Virus record (IMG/VR): IMGVR_UViG_3300025137_000016
Direction: 5' to 3' (one strand)
Length of the DNA stretch: 64,000 nucleotides
DNA from: a virus
This document shows positions 1 through 8,600 of the stretch, piece after piece. How positions within the stretch are numbered: position 1 is the first letter of the stretch; each line of letters begins with the position of its first letter. The notes under the pieces are model-generated. The model did no database searches. It saw only the letters and a program-made list of their open reading frames with translations, and was not told the DNA's origin. The position numbers were made by a program, and so were the translations under genes.

Positions 1-6
1 AAAACC

Positions 7-734
7 ATGTCCACAGTTATTAACTTAACGAAGAGCATGGTGCGAAATACCAAAGCCCTCGCCAAATATCTAGCATTCATTGCTCTTCCTTTAGGATTCC
101 CACTCGGTACTTTTGCAGTAATGCGATTGACATATATTGGATTCTAAAACAACCAAATCTCACGAGGATGATGTCGACTTTATGTTGGGCAATCCAATGT
201 TCTGGATAGTATTCATACCATCCTGTGTTGCCATCATTCCTTCAACTCTATGTGCTGCAGCCATCTGGTATCTACAATATTATCACTAGTTAGTATATAA
301 AAAGCCTAAATAGTCATGAGGATATTATGATAACATGGTTGATTGGTCTATTTGAAAAATATGTTGATTGGTTTCAACTAACTTTTGAAATAGATTATTA
401 TAAATTAATATTAATGGCTTTCCTAATGGGACTAGCTCTTGGCTTGCTCGCTCAAGGGATATTATTATGAAGAAAAGTTTACTACGAGATGTTGAGGGTT
501 TGGATAATATTATAAAGAACACCTCTGACACACGCATTAAAGAAATGTGGAAATCGAAAAAAGATCTTAAAAAGAAAATAGAACAAAGAGAAGATGGAAG
601 CGGAAGAACTACTAGCTAGAAGAATCGCAAAACTTGAACGAGTTCTAAAAGCTGCACAAGATAAAGGCTTTAAACAAATGTGGTCATCACATTTATTTCA
701 TTTAAGACAATTACAAAAAAAGAGGGTTAATTAA
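7..734 (+). other. Cluster of five small (<55 aa) overlapping ORFs: 7-147, 137-288, 327-470, 467-619, 594-734
   Basis: Translated by hand. The first three have hydrophobic TM-like stretches. Several junctions overlap (ATGA at 467-470; last stop overlaps the gp3 start). Below the ORF-track length cutoff. Confidence 0.5.
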
Positions 735-1264
735 TGACAGCTTATTCAAATGCATTCCCAACTGACTTATCTCCATTAAATCCTAATGGGTTTACATTCA
801 ATGTATCTAGACTACCAGATACAACTTTCTTTATTCAATCTGTTAATTTGCCTGGACTTAATCTAGGTGAGTTTATGCAAGCAAACCCATTAATTCAAAA
901 CCCTATTCCTGGAGAGATGCTAACTTATCAGGATCTTTCAGTAGAATTCCAAGTAGATGCTAATATGATTAATTGGAAAGCTATACATGATTGGATGATT
1001 GGACTAGGATACCCAGAATCCCACAAACAATACCTATCTTATCTAACAGCAGATGAGAAAGCAAAGATATCCGAGATATCTCAAAACTACTCGGATGCCA
1101 CCCTTCAAGTTCTATCAGGACAAAATACACCTGTTAAGACCTTTACATTCGTAGATTGTTTCCCGACATCTCTAGACCCTATACAATTTGAGTCTAAAAT
1201 GCAGGATGTAATGATGGTTTCGGCACGTGCTACCTTCAAATTTGCATATTATCAAGTTTCCTAA
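734..1264 (+). CDS. gp3: Tail completion / sheath stabilizer protein (T4 gp3-like)
   Basis: LSPLNPNGFTF..P...FF.QSVNLPG motif; canonical position upstream of uvsY-uvsW in T4-like phages. Confidence 0.8.
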   Translation: MTAYSNAFPTDLSPLNPNGFTFNVSRLPDTTFFIQSVNLPGLNLGEFMQANPLIQNPIPGEMLTYQDLSVEFQVDANMINWKAIHDWMIGLGYPESHKQYLSYLTADEKAKISEISQNYSDATLQVLSGQNTPVKTFTFVDCFPTSLDPIQFESKMQDVMMVSARATFKFAYYQVS

Positions 1265-1267
1265 TCC

Positions 1268-1296
1268 TTTACTTTTAAGTCTTTTTAGGCTAGAAT
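1268..1296 (+). promoter_or_regulatory. Class B promoter (TTTACT-17-TAGAAT) for uvsY
   Basis: TTTACT 1268-1273, TTTAAGT extension, TAGAAT 1291-1296; motif recurs before many genes. Confidence 0.75.
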
Positions 1297-1320
1297 AATG
1301 GTTTAGAGGAGTATATTATT

Positions 1321-1758
1321 ATGAATTTACAACAACTACAAGACGAATGGAAAGCTGATTCTATTATAGATGATGATCATTTAGACAAAGAAGCAGTACG
1401 CATTCCAAACTTACATCAGAAGTATTTAAAGTTTCTGATGGAATACAAATTAAAACTCACCAAACTAAGAGCTGAATTCCACCAACTTCGTAGATTAAAG
1501 ATTCGTTATTATAATGGCGAATTATCTAGAGAAGAATTGGCTGAACATAAATGGGATCAGTATCAAGGAATCAAACCAATTAAATCAGTACAAGATGACC
1601 TATTACATGGGGACAATGATTTAATATCAATAACAGTACGACTGTCTTATCTAGAAGATATGATTTATTGCTGTGAAAGTATTATGAAGTCAGTCTCTGG
1701 TAGAGGTTGGGATATTAAGAACTCAATTGAATGGAAAAAGTTTATTTCTGGTGCCTAA
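1321..1758 (+). CDS. uvsY: Recombination mediator UvsY
   Basis: W..DS.ID...L..E..RIP.LH.KY and C-terminal RGW.IKN.IEW.KF..G; synteny. Confidence 0.9.
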   Translation: MNLQQLQDEWKADSIIDDDHLDKEAVRIPNLHQKYLKFLMEYKLKLTKLRAEFHQLRRLKIRYYNGELSREELAEHKWDQYQGIKPIKSVQDDLLHGDNDLISITVRLSYLEDMIYCCESIMKSVSGRGWDIKNSIEWKKFISGA

Positions 1759-3235
1759 GATAACAATAGAAAAAGCGAGCAACATACATATTCGTTGCTT
1801 TTCAGATCCAGGAATCGAGCAGGAGTTATCTGACTATTTCACATATTCAGTTCCAGGTGCTCAGTTTACTCCACAGTTTAGATCTCGTCTATGGGATGGA
1901 AAAATACGACAGTATGATAGAATCCGACATACCTTATATCTTGGACTATACAAATATGTAGAAAGATTTGCAGTTGAAAGAGGGTATGAATTAGAAGTTA
2001 AGGATTTAATCCTCGTAGATCGCAAAATACCCTTTGAAGAGGTAGAAAACTGGGTAGAATCGCTAGAATTAGCCACTAAAGGCTCAAAGCTAACGATTAG
2101 GGAGTATCAAACTGAAGCTATACATAAAGCTCTAAATGATCAAAGAACGCTCCTAGTGAGTCCCACAGCGTCTGGAAAATCACTAATTATCTATTCTATT
2201 CTCCGATATCTGCTTGAACTGGATAAAAAGGCAATAATCATAGTTCCAACGACATCATTGGTGGAACAACTATATAAAGACTTCGAAGACTACTCAACAA
2301 TCAATGGTTGGGAAGTAAATAAGAATGTACAGAAACTATATTCTGGATTTACAAAAGATATTTCACATCAAGTTTTAATTACTACTTGGCAATCAGTTTA
2401 TAAACAACCAAGACAATGGTTCTCTCAATTTGATGTATGCTTTGGTGATGAAGCACACCAATTTAAAGCTAAGTCCCTCACATCGTGTATGGACAAATTA
2501 TATAACTGCGATTATAGAATAGGTACGACTGGTACGATTGATGGAAAGAAAGTTCATAAGCTAGTATTAGAAGGTGTATTTGGACCTGTGTTTTCTGTGA
2601 CCACAACTAAGCAACTGATGGAAGATAAGAAAGTTGCTGAATTAGATATTACTTGTTTATTATTAAAATATGATGATGCAGATAGAATGGGCAGAAAAGG
2701 TAATAAGTATTCTGATGAAATGGATTTCTTAGTCACTAATGATGCTAGAAATAAATTTATAGTAAACTTGGCAAAATCATTAAAGGGTAATACACTGGTA
2801 TTATATCAGTTTGTTCAGAAACATGGAATACCATTATACGAAGACCTAAATAAAAAGGTAGAAGGGCAAAAAGATGTTTGGTTCGTATCTGGCGATACTG
2901 TAGTTAAGGATAGAGAAAAAGTTAGAGAGATAGCTGGAGATAATGACAACAATATTATAGTTGCTTCCTTTGGTACATTCTCAACTGGAATTAATATTCC
3001 ATCTATCGAAAACATTATATTCGCATCTCCTAGTAAAAGTAAGATTAGAAACTTACAATCTATTGGAAGAGGACTAAGACTAAAAGACGGAAAAGAAAGT
3101 TGCAGTCTTTATGATATCGCTGACGACTTATCTTGGAAATCATGGAAGAATCATACTATTAAACATTTCTCAGAAAGACTCTCAATATATTCTGAAGAGA
3201 AATTTAACTACAAGATTGTAGAGGTAAACATATGA
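1751..3235 (+). CDS. uvsW: UvsW SF2 DNA helicase
   Basis: WDGKIR, SPTASGKS Walker A, DEAH, LQSIGRGLR; probable GTG start at 1751. Confidence 0.95.
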   Translation: MPKITIEKASNIHIRCFSDPGIEQELSDYFTYSVPGAQFTPQFRSRLWDGKIRQYDRIRHTLYLGLYKYVERFAVERGYELEVKDLILVDRKIPFEEVENWVESLELATKGSKLTIREYQTEAIHKALNDQRTLLVSPTASGKSLIIYSILRYLLELDKKAIIIVPTTSLVEQLYKDFEDYSTINGWEVNKNVQKLYSGFTKDISHQVLITTWQSVYKQPRQWFSQFDVCFGDEAHQFKAKSLTSCMDKLYNCDYRIGTTGTIDGKKVHKLVLEGVFGPVFSVTTTKQLMEDKKVAELDITCLLLKYDDADRMGRKGNKYSDEMDFLVTNDARNKFIVNLAKSLKGNTLVLYQFVQKHGIPLYEDLNKKVEGQKDVWFVSGDTVVKDREKVREIAGDNDNNIIVASFGTFSTGINIPSIENIIFASPSKSKIRNLQSIGRGLRLKDGKESCSLYDIADDLSWKSWKNHTIKHFSERLSIYSEEKFNYKIVEVNI

Positions 3236-3714
3236 GAGAAGAACTCATTAAGGAAGATGATCAGTTCGTAATTATGAAACTATCGACAGGGGAAACTCTA
3301 GTCGCTACTATGCGACACGCAGATGATGCAACCATATCTGTCGAATATCCATTTGAATTAAAAATTATACACGAAAGACGCAAGGATCAAGTAGTTGATG
3401 TGACTGCTGCTGCACCTTTCTGTGGATTTGCTGAAGATCGTAAATTTACTTTCAAAAAAAGAGATATAATGTTTACCAAAGAATTACATACTTATTCAAT
3501 ACCATTTTATATTGAATTGGTTGAGGAATACGAAAAACTAATAGATGTCCCTGTTCCTAAAAAGAAACTATCAGAAACACAAGAAGTTCTTAGAGCTACT
3601 GCCGAGCAAATGGCAAAAAGAAGTAGAGAGATACTTGGCGATGATAGATTCGAGGAAACAAGTGATATGCTTGAATATCTATTAGGCGATACAAAGAAGG
3701 ATACAATACATTGA
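3232..3714 (+). CDS. Hypothetical protein (Sm-like fold, KLSTGE motif)
   Basis: KLSTGETLVA motif typical of small T4-like phage proteins following uvsW. Confidence 0.55.
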   Translation: MREELIKEDDQFVIMKLSTGETLVATMRHADDATISVEYPFELKIIHERRKDQVVDVTAAAPFCGFAEDRKFTFKKRDIMFTKELHTYSIPFYIELVEEYEKLIDVPVPKKKLSETQEVLRATAEQMAKRSREILGDDRFEETSDMLEYLLGDTKKDTIH

Positions 3715-4016
3715 TCAGTATAACCACTCCAGCAAAAGAATATATGCAGGCTAGACTTGAGAAGTCTGGTATGAAGTATGCACGAATCGCTCTAAAGGGT
3801 GGAGGATGTGCTGGGTTTACTTATAAGTGGGAAGAAACTAATGATGTTGAAGATGGTACTCTTATCGAAGATATAATTATAGTAGATAAAACTGCTGAGT
3901 TGTATATCTTAGGATCGGAGATTGATTATAAAGAGGATTTCGCTGGTTCGCATATTGAGATTATAAATCCCAATGCTACTGGGTCTTGTGGTTGTGGTGA
4001 AAGTGTTGGATTCTAA
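3711..4016 (+). CDS. iscA: Fe-S cluster assembly accessory protein (IscA/HesB family)
   Basis: GGGCAGF.Y and NPNA..SCGCGES motifs. Confidence 0.92.
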   Translation: MISITTPAKEYMQARLEKSGMKYARIALKGGGCAGFTYKWEETNDVEDGTLIEDIIIVDKTAELYILGSEIDYKEDFAGSHIEIINPNATGSCGCGESVGF

Positions 4017-4058
4017 TCTGTATACTTTACTCTTAATCCTTAACCCCTAACACCCTTG

Positions 4059-4087
4059 ATATTACTCTTCAAAAACTTAAAAGTAAA
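4059..4087 (-). promoter_or_regulatory. Class B promoter on the minus strand, antisense to iscA
   Basis: Reverse complement reads TTTACT-TTTAAGTTTTTGAAGAG(17)-TAATAT, matching the + strand class B consensus. Confidence 0.7.
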
Positions 4088-4114
4088 GCCCGAATTAAAA
4101 ATAAATTTATATAG

Positions 4115-4143
4115 TTTACTTTTAACTTTTTTTTATATAATAT
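4115..4143 (+). promoter_or_regulatory. Class B promoter for gp55
   Basis: TTTACT 4115-4120, 17 nt, TAATAT 4138-4143. Confidence 0.7.
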
Positions 4144-4167
4144 AATGATAATGAATGGAGTAATTAC

Positions 4168-4725
4168 ATGACAGTCCCTAAGGAAAAAAAGAAGCCTAGA
4201 CATTATGTTGATAATAAGATGTTTCTACAAGCATTGAAAGATTTTAAAGAAGCATGTGTTAAAGCTGAAAAAGCAAAAGAAGAACGACCAAGAATCCCTG
4301 AGTATATTGGAGAATGTTTATTAAAGATTGGTACACACCTTTCATATAAACCAAACTTCATCAACTATACTTATCGGGAAGATATGATATTAGATGGTGT
4401 TGAGAATTGTATTCAATATATACATAACTTTGATCCTGATAAATCTGCAAACCCTTTCTCATACTTTACACAAATTATTTTTTATGCTTTCTTACGAAGA
4501 ATTAAGAAAGAGAAGAAACAAACTTATGTAAAACAAAAACTCATAGCTGAAATGGATGTTGATGCATTCATGCAAGCAGGTGAAGATGGTGAAGGCACTA
4601 ACGCATATATTGAATTTATGAAAAAGAATCAAGTCCTTGATCCTTACTTTGAAGCCAAAGAGAAAAAGAAGAAAGAAAAAAAGTCCACACCCATCTCTGA
4701 TGCGTTGGACGATGTGAATGAGTAA
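4168..4725 (+). CDS. gp55: Late-transcription sigma factor gp55
   Basis: HYVDNK.F, YIGECLLKI..HLSYKPNF.NYTYREDMI.DG.ENC, NPFSYFTQII.YAFLRRI.KEKKQ. Confidence 0.95.
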   Translation: MTVPKEKKKPRHYVDNKMFLQALKDFKEACVKAEKAKEERPRIPEYIGECLLKIGTHLSYKPNFINYTYREDMILDGVENCIQYIHNFDPDKSANPFSYFTQIIFYAFLRRIKKEKKQTYVKQKLIAEMDVDAFMQAGEDGEGTNAYIEFMKKNQVLDPYFEAKEKKKKEKKSTPISDALDDVNE

Positions 4726-5785
4726 AGTTGCTATTATTACAGATCTACACTTTGGTGCTAGAGGTGATGCCACTACCTTTGTAGATTACATGGATAAATT
4801 CTATACTGATACATTCTTTCCTACTTGTAAGGAAAGGAATATTGATACTGTATTAAATCTCGGTGATACATTTGATCGTCGAAAGTATATTAATTATCAC
4901 ACCCTAAAAAGATCAAGAGAATTCTTTTTTGATCCACTCCATAAAAACAATATGGTCATGAAAATGTTGGCAGGGAACCATGACACTTATTATAAGAACA
5001 CCAACGATACTAATTCTATAGACTTACTATTAAATGATTATGATAATATTGAAACTATTACTGAAGCACGTGATATTAAAGTTTATGATCGTACTATCTT
5101 TATGCTACCATGGATCTGCACTGACAACTATCAAGATAGCATGGATAGAATGGCTAAGTCCGAAGCAGAAATATGTATGGGGCATTTAGAGATAGATGGC
5201 TTCGTTATGCATAGAGGTATCAAATCACATGGTGGTTTAAATAGAGAACGATTTAATAAATTCGCATTAGTTTATAGTGGGCACTACCATCATAAATCTA
5301 ATGATGGACATGTATATTATCTTGGCAATCCATACGAATTAACTTGGGCAGACTATAAAGACCCTCGAGGGTTTCATATATGGGACACTGAGACCATGGA
5401 ACTAGAGTTTATAGAGAACCCTTATACCATGTTTGAAAGAGTTGAATATGATGATGCAAACTACTCCTATGATGATTTTGATGCTACTATTATGGCTGAG
5501 AAGTATGTTAAAGTGATTGTTGCTAATAAAACTGACTTTAATAAGTTTGACAAGTTTTTAAAAGGTATATACAAACAAAGCCCACATGATGTTAAGATTA
5601 TTGAAGATTTTAATGAATTTAAAGATGGTGCAATAGATGAAGAATTAAATCTAGAAGATACTATGAATATATTAACAACTTATGTTGATAGTGTAGAAAC
5701 TACAGTTGATAAGGAAAAGGTCAAAGGATTCCTTAAAGGATTATATGCTGAAGCACAAACCCATGAGAGTGAAACTGCTGAATGA
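4718..5785 (+). CDS. gp47: Recombination endonuclease subunit gp47 (Mre11/SbcD-like)
   Basis: TDLHFG, LGD.FD, GNHD, SGHYH metallophosphoesterase motifs. Confidence 0.95.
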   Translation: MSKVAIITDLHFGARGDATTFVDYMDKFYTDTFFPTCKERNIDTVLNLGDTFDRRKYINYHTLKRSREFFFDPLHKNNMVMKMLAGNHDTYYKNTNDTNSIDLLLNDYDNIETITEARDIKVYDRTIFMLPWICTDNYQDSMDRMAKSEAEICMGHLEIDGFVMHRGIKSHGGLNRERFNKFALVYSGHYHHKSNDGHVYYLGNPYELTWADYKDPRGFHIWDTETMELEFIENPYTMFERVEYDDANYSYDDFDATIMAEKYVKVIVANKTDFNKFDKFLKGIYKQSPHDVKIIEDFNEFKDGAIDEELNLEDTMNILTTYVDSVETTVDKEKVKGFLKGLYAEAQTHESETAE

Positions 5786-7503
5786 TTACATTTGAGAAGA
5801 TTAAGTGGAGGAATCTACTTAGTACTGGTAATGCTTGGACGGAAGTAGATCTTAATCGTTCTACTACTACATTAATTGTTGGAAAGAATGGTGAGGGTAA
5901 ATCTACCATCCTTGATGCTTTGATGTTTTCATTATATGGTCGTCCCTTTCGTAAAGTTAAAAAGGATCAGCTTGTCAATAGTATTAATGGTAAAAACCTA
6001 GAAGTTGAAATAGAATTTAATGTAGGTGGAAAACATTATAAAGTATTGCGAGGTGCCAAACCTAATAAGCTAGAAATATTTGCTGATGGATTAAAGTTAG
6101 ATTCTTTTGCAAGTAATGCTGATACTCAAACATATTTACAAACACAAATTATTGGCTTTGCCTGGAGAACTTTCAGTAAGATGGTTATTCTAGGATCAGC
6201 GAGTTATCAACCTTTTATGCAAATAGGTGGTTGGAATAGACGACAAGTTATTGAAGACATATTAGATATTCGTATTTTTAGTACGATGAATGAATTACTT
6301 ACTGAACGAATTAAAATAACCAAAGAGCAATTAACAACAGCAAGTAATAGAATAGAAGTATGTAAAACAAGTGTAGATGCTCAAAAAGAATTACTTGACG
6401 CATTAAGTAGTGTTAAACAAGATGCCATTGATAAAATAGTTTCTAAGATTGCTGCAAATGAAGAAGAGACAAACGATATATCTAAACAAATAGAAACAGC
6501 CATGGCATCAGTTGAAGAACTTAGTAAGTCTATCAATGATACAGACCAAGTTAATAAAGATCTAGAAGATGCTAAGAAACTGTTGGCTGGTTATGATAAT
6601 AAGAAAGTTGGTATCAGTAAAGATATTGCTTTTTTTGAAACTAATGATGTATGCCCACAATGTGAACAAGGTATAGAACACGATCATAAGAATAATATTC
6701 TTACTAGTTTAAATGATAAGCTAGGCAAAGCCAGTGGGAACTTAACTTCTTTATCCCAAGCTCTACAAAAACTAAATAAACGATACGAGGAGATTGCGTC
6801 TACCAATAAGACTATAATGGGCAAAAACTCAGAAGTAAGTGCTCTCAACCAATCACTCAACCTTATCACAAAACAGAATAAGGAACTAGTAGACGAACAA
6901 TCGAACCTAAATATCGATGACGATAATGTTAAGAATCAGAAACTAAAGCTGAAAGAACTTGCTAGTTCTGCAGTTGAAGCAGTTGAGGAAAAAACTACTA
7001 TTGAAGAACAAAAACAAATCGAAGATGTATCTAAAACACTTCTTGCTGATACTGGGATTAAGACAGAAATTATTCGCCAGTACTTGCCTATCATTAACAA
7101 ACTCATTAATAAATATCTACAAGCGATGGACTTCTTCGTTCACTTTGAACTTGATGAAGACTTCAATGAAACGATTCGTTCTAGATATCGTGATGAGTTC
7201 ACCTATGATAGTTTCTCAGAGGGGGAAAAGTTGAGGATAGATCTAGCAATATTATTTACTTGGCGACAAATCGCTAAAATGAAGAACTCGGTAAATACCA
7301 ATCTGTTATTATTAGATGAAATCTTTGATAGCAGTATGGATACCAATGGTACTGACTTGTTCCTACAAGTTTTAAATGAAATAGGTGAAGGAACAAATGT
7401 TTTCGTCATATCTCATAAAGGGGATCAGCTCTTTGATAAATTTAGATCAGTTATTAAATTTGTTAAGAAGAATGATTTTTCATCAATACAAATCGGAGGA
7501 TAA
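5782..7503 (+). CDS. gp46: Recombination endonuclease subunit gp46 (Rad50/SbcC-like)
   Basis: GKNGEGKST, CPQC zinc hook, SEGEK signature, LLDEIFDSS. Confidence 0.95.
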   Translation: MITFEKIKWRNLLSTGNAWTEVDLNRSTTTLIVGKNGEGKSTILDALMFSLYGRPFRKVKKDQLVNSINGKNLEVEIEFNVGGKHYKVLRGAKPNKLEIFADGLKLDSFASNADTQTYLQTQIIGFAWRTFSKMVILGSASYQPFMQIGGWNRRQVIEDILDIRIFSTMNELLTERIKITKEQLTTASNRIEVCKTSVDAQKELLDALSSVKQDAIDKIVSKIAANEEETNDISKQIETAMASVEELSKSINDTDQVNKDLEDAKKLLAGYDNKKVGISKDIAFFETNDVCPQCEQGIEHDHKNNILTSLNDKLGKASGNLTSLSQALQKLNKRYEEIASTNKTIMGKNSEVSALNQSLNLITKQNKELVDEQSNLNIDDDNVKNQKLKLKELASSAVEAVEEKTTIEEQKQIEDVSKTLLADTGIKTEIIRQYLPIINKLINKYLQAMDFFVHFELDEDFNETIRSRYRDEFTYDSFSEGEKLRIDLAILFTWRQIAKMKNSVNTNLLLLDEIFDSSMDTNGTDLFLQVLNEIGEGTNVFVISHKGDQLFDKFRSVIKFVKKNDFSSIQIGG

Positions 7504-7506
7504 TTC

Positions 7507-7686
7507 ATGAACGCACAAGCACACCTAATGGAACAATATAATAAACTAAATTATGAACATCAAGAAATACATAAAGAAGTTGAGAAATATAAATTCGATA
7601 CAACACAATTAAAGGAACTGAAGCATAAGAAGTTAGTCATTAAAGATAAACTCGCAGAAGTTTCGGAGCAATTAGGGATAAGCTAA
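7507..7686 (+). CDS. Small coiled-coil protein (DUF465/YdcH-like)
   Basis: 59 aa hand-translated ORF with H..I...V...LK.KKL.IKD.L pattern. Confidence 0.6.
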   Translation: MNAQAHLMEQYNKLNYEHQEIHKEVEKYKFDTTQLKELKHKKLVIKDKLAEVSEQLGIS

Positions 7687-7687
7687 A

Positions 7688-8260
7688 ATGAACATATTAG
7701 ATAATGCAAAGGGTGAATTAATATCGTGGGACGATCCTCTACTTACTAGTCCCCAAGAAGAATGGGACTTTAAAAAGTATCCATTAGAAGAAGCAGCAAA
7801 ACTTGGACTCCTATTAATAGAAACATCTAAAAAATTAAACGGAGCAGGATTATCAGCGAACCAAATAGGTCTACCCTATAAAGTGTTCGTGCTAACTGCT
7901 GAGGAAACTTTCGACCTGCCATCAATGGCACTATTCAATCCAGAGATTTTAGAATCATCTGAAGATACCAATATAATGACGGAGGGATGTTTATCCCGAC
8001 CCAATCTTTGGCTACTGGTTAAAAGACCAACAGTCATAAAAGTAAAATATCAAACATTTAAAGGTGAAGAAATCAAAACTACATTAAATGGTTATCTCTC
8101 TCGTGTGTTCCAACATGAGTATGACCATATGCTAGGAATTGATTTTACACAACGAGTTTCAAGAGAGAAATTAAAACGAGCAATTAAGAAACAGAAGAAG
8201 GATGCCAAAAGAGGTAGAACCACTTCAATTCTTCGTGGGAATTTTACAGACTCTCTATAA
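7688..8260 (+). CDS. def: Peptide deformylase
   Basis: GAGLSANQIG, EGCLS, QHEYDHMLG motifs. Confidence 0.95.
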   Translation: MNILDNAKGELISWDDPLLTSPQEEWDFKKYPLEEAAKLGLLLIETSKKLNGAGLSANQIGLPYKVFVLTAEETFDLPSMALFNPEILESSEDTNIMTEGCLSRPNLWLLVKRPTVIKVKYQTFKGEEIKTTLNGYLSRVFQHEYDHMLGIDFTQRVSREKLKRAIKKQKKDAKRGRTTSILRGNFTDSL

Positions 8261-8282
8261 CTATAACAAACTTTGAAGACCT

Positions 8283-8486
8283 ATGGATATATTACTTGAC
8301 CAACTCGCTGGTGTCCTCTGTGGCATCACACTGATACTATCAATATTAATACTAATTAATTGGATGCCCACAAAGCATGATCGATTATTTACTAATAATG
8401 TTAGAAAACAAAAGCAATTAATGCGTAAAAAACGACAATTAAAGACAGAATTAAAGCAAGTAAAAAAGGAACTTGCTGAGATTTAG
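8283..8486 (+). CDS. Small membrane-anchored hypothetical protein
   Basis: N-terminal hydrophobic helix plus basic coiled coil. Confidence 0.55.
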   Translation: MDILLDQLAGVLCGITLILSILILINWMPTKHDRLFTNNVRKQKQLMRKKRQLKTELKQVKKELAEI

Positions 8487-8570
8487 TTATAAGTCCTTGT
8501 TTTTTAATAACAAAATAATATAAAAAAAAGTGAAATAATGCTTTACTTTTGACTTCAATTGTAGTAAGAT
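8486..8570 (+). promoter_or_regulatory. Class A (early-type) promoter element, copy 1
   Basis: GTTATAAGTCCTTG..AATAAC box, A-tract, TTTACT 8542-8547, 17 nt, TAAGAT 8565-8570. Confidence 0.8.
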
Positions 8571-8600
8571 AGTGGTATTGAATAAAAAATTAAGAGGTAA

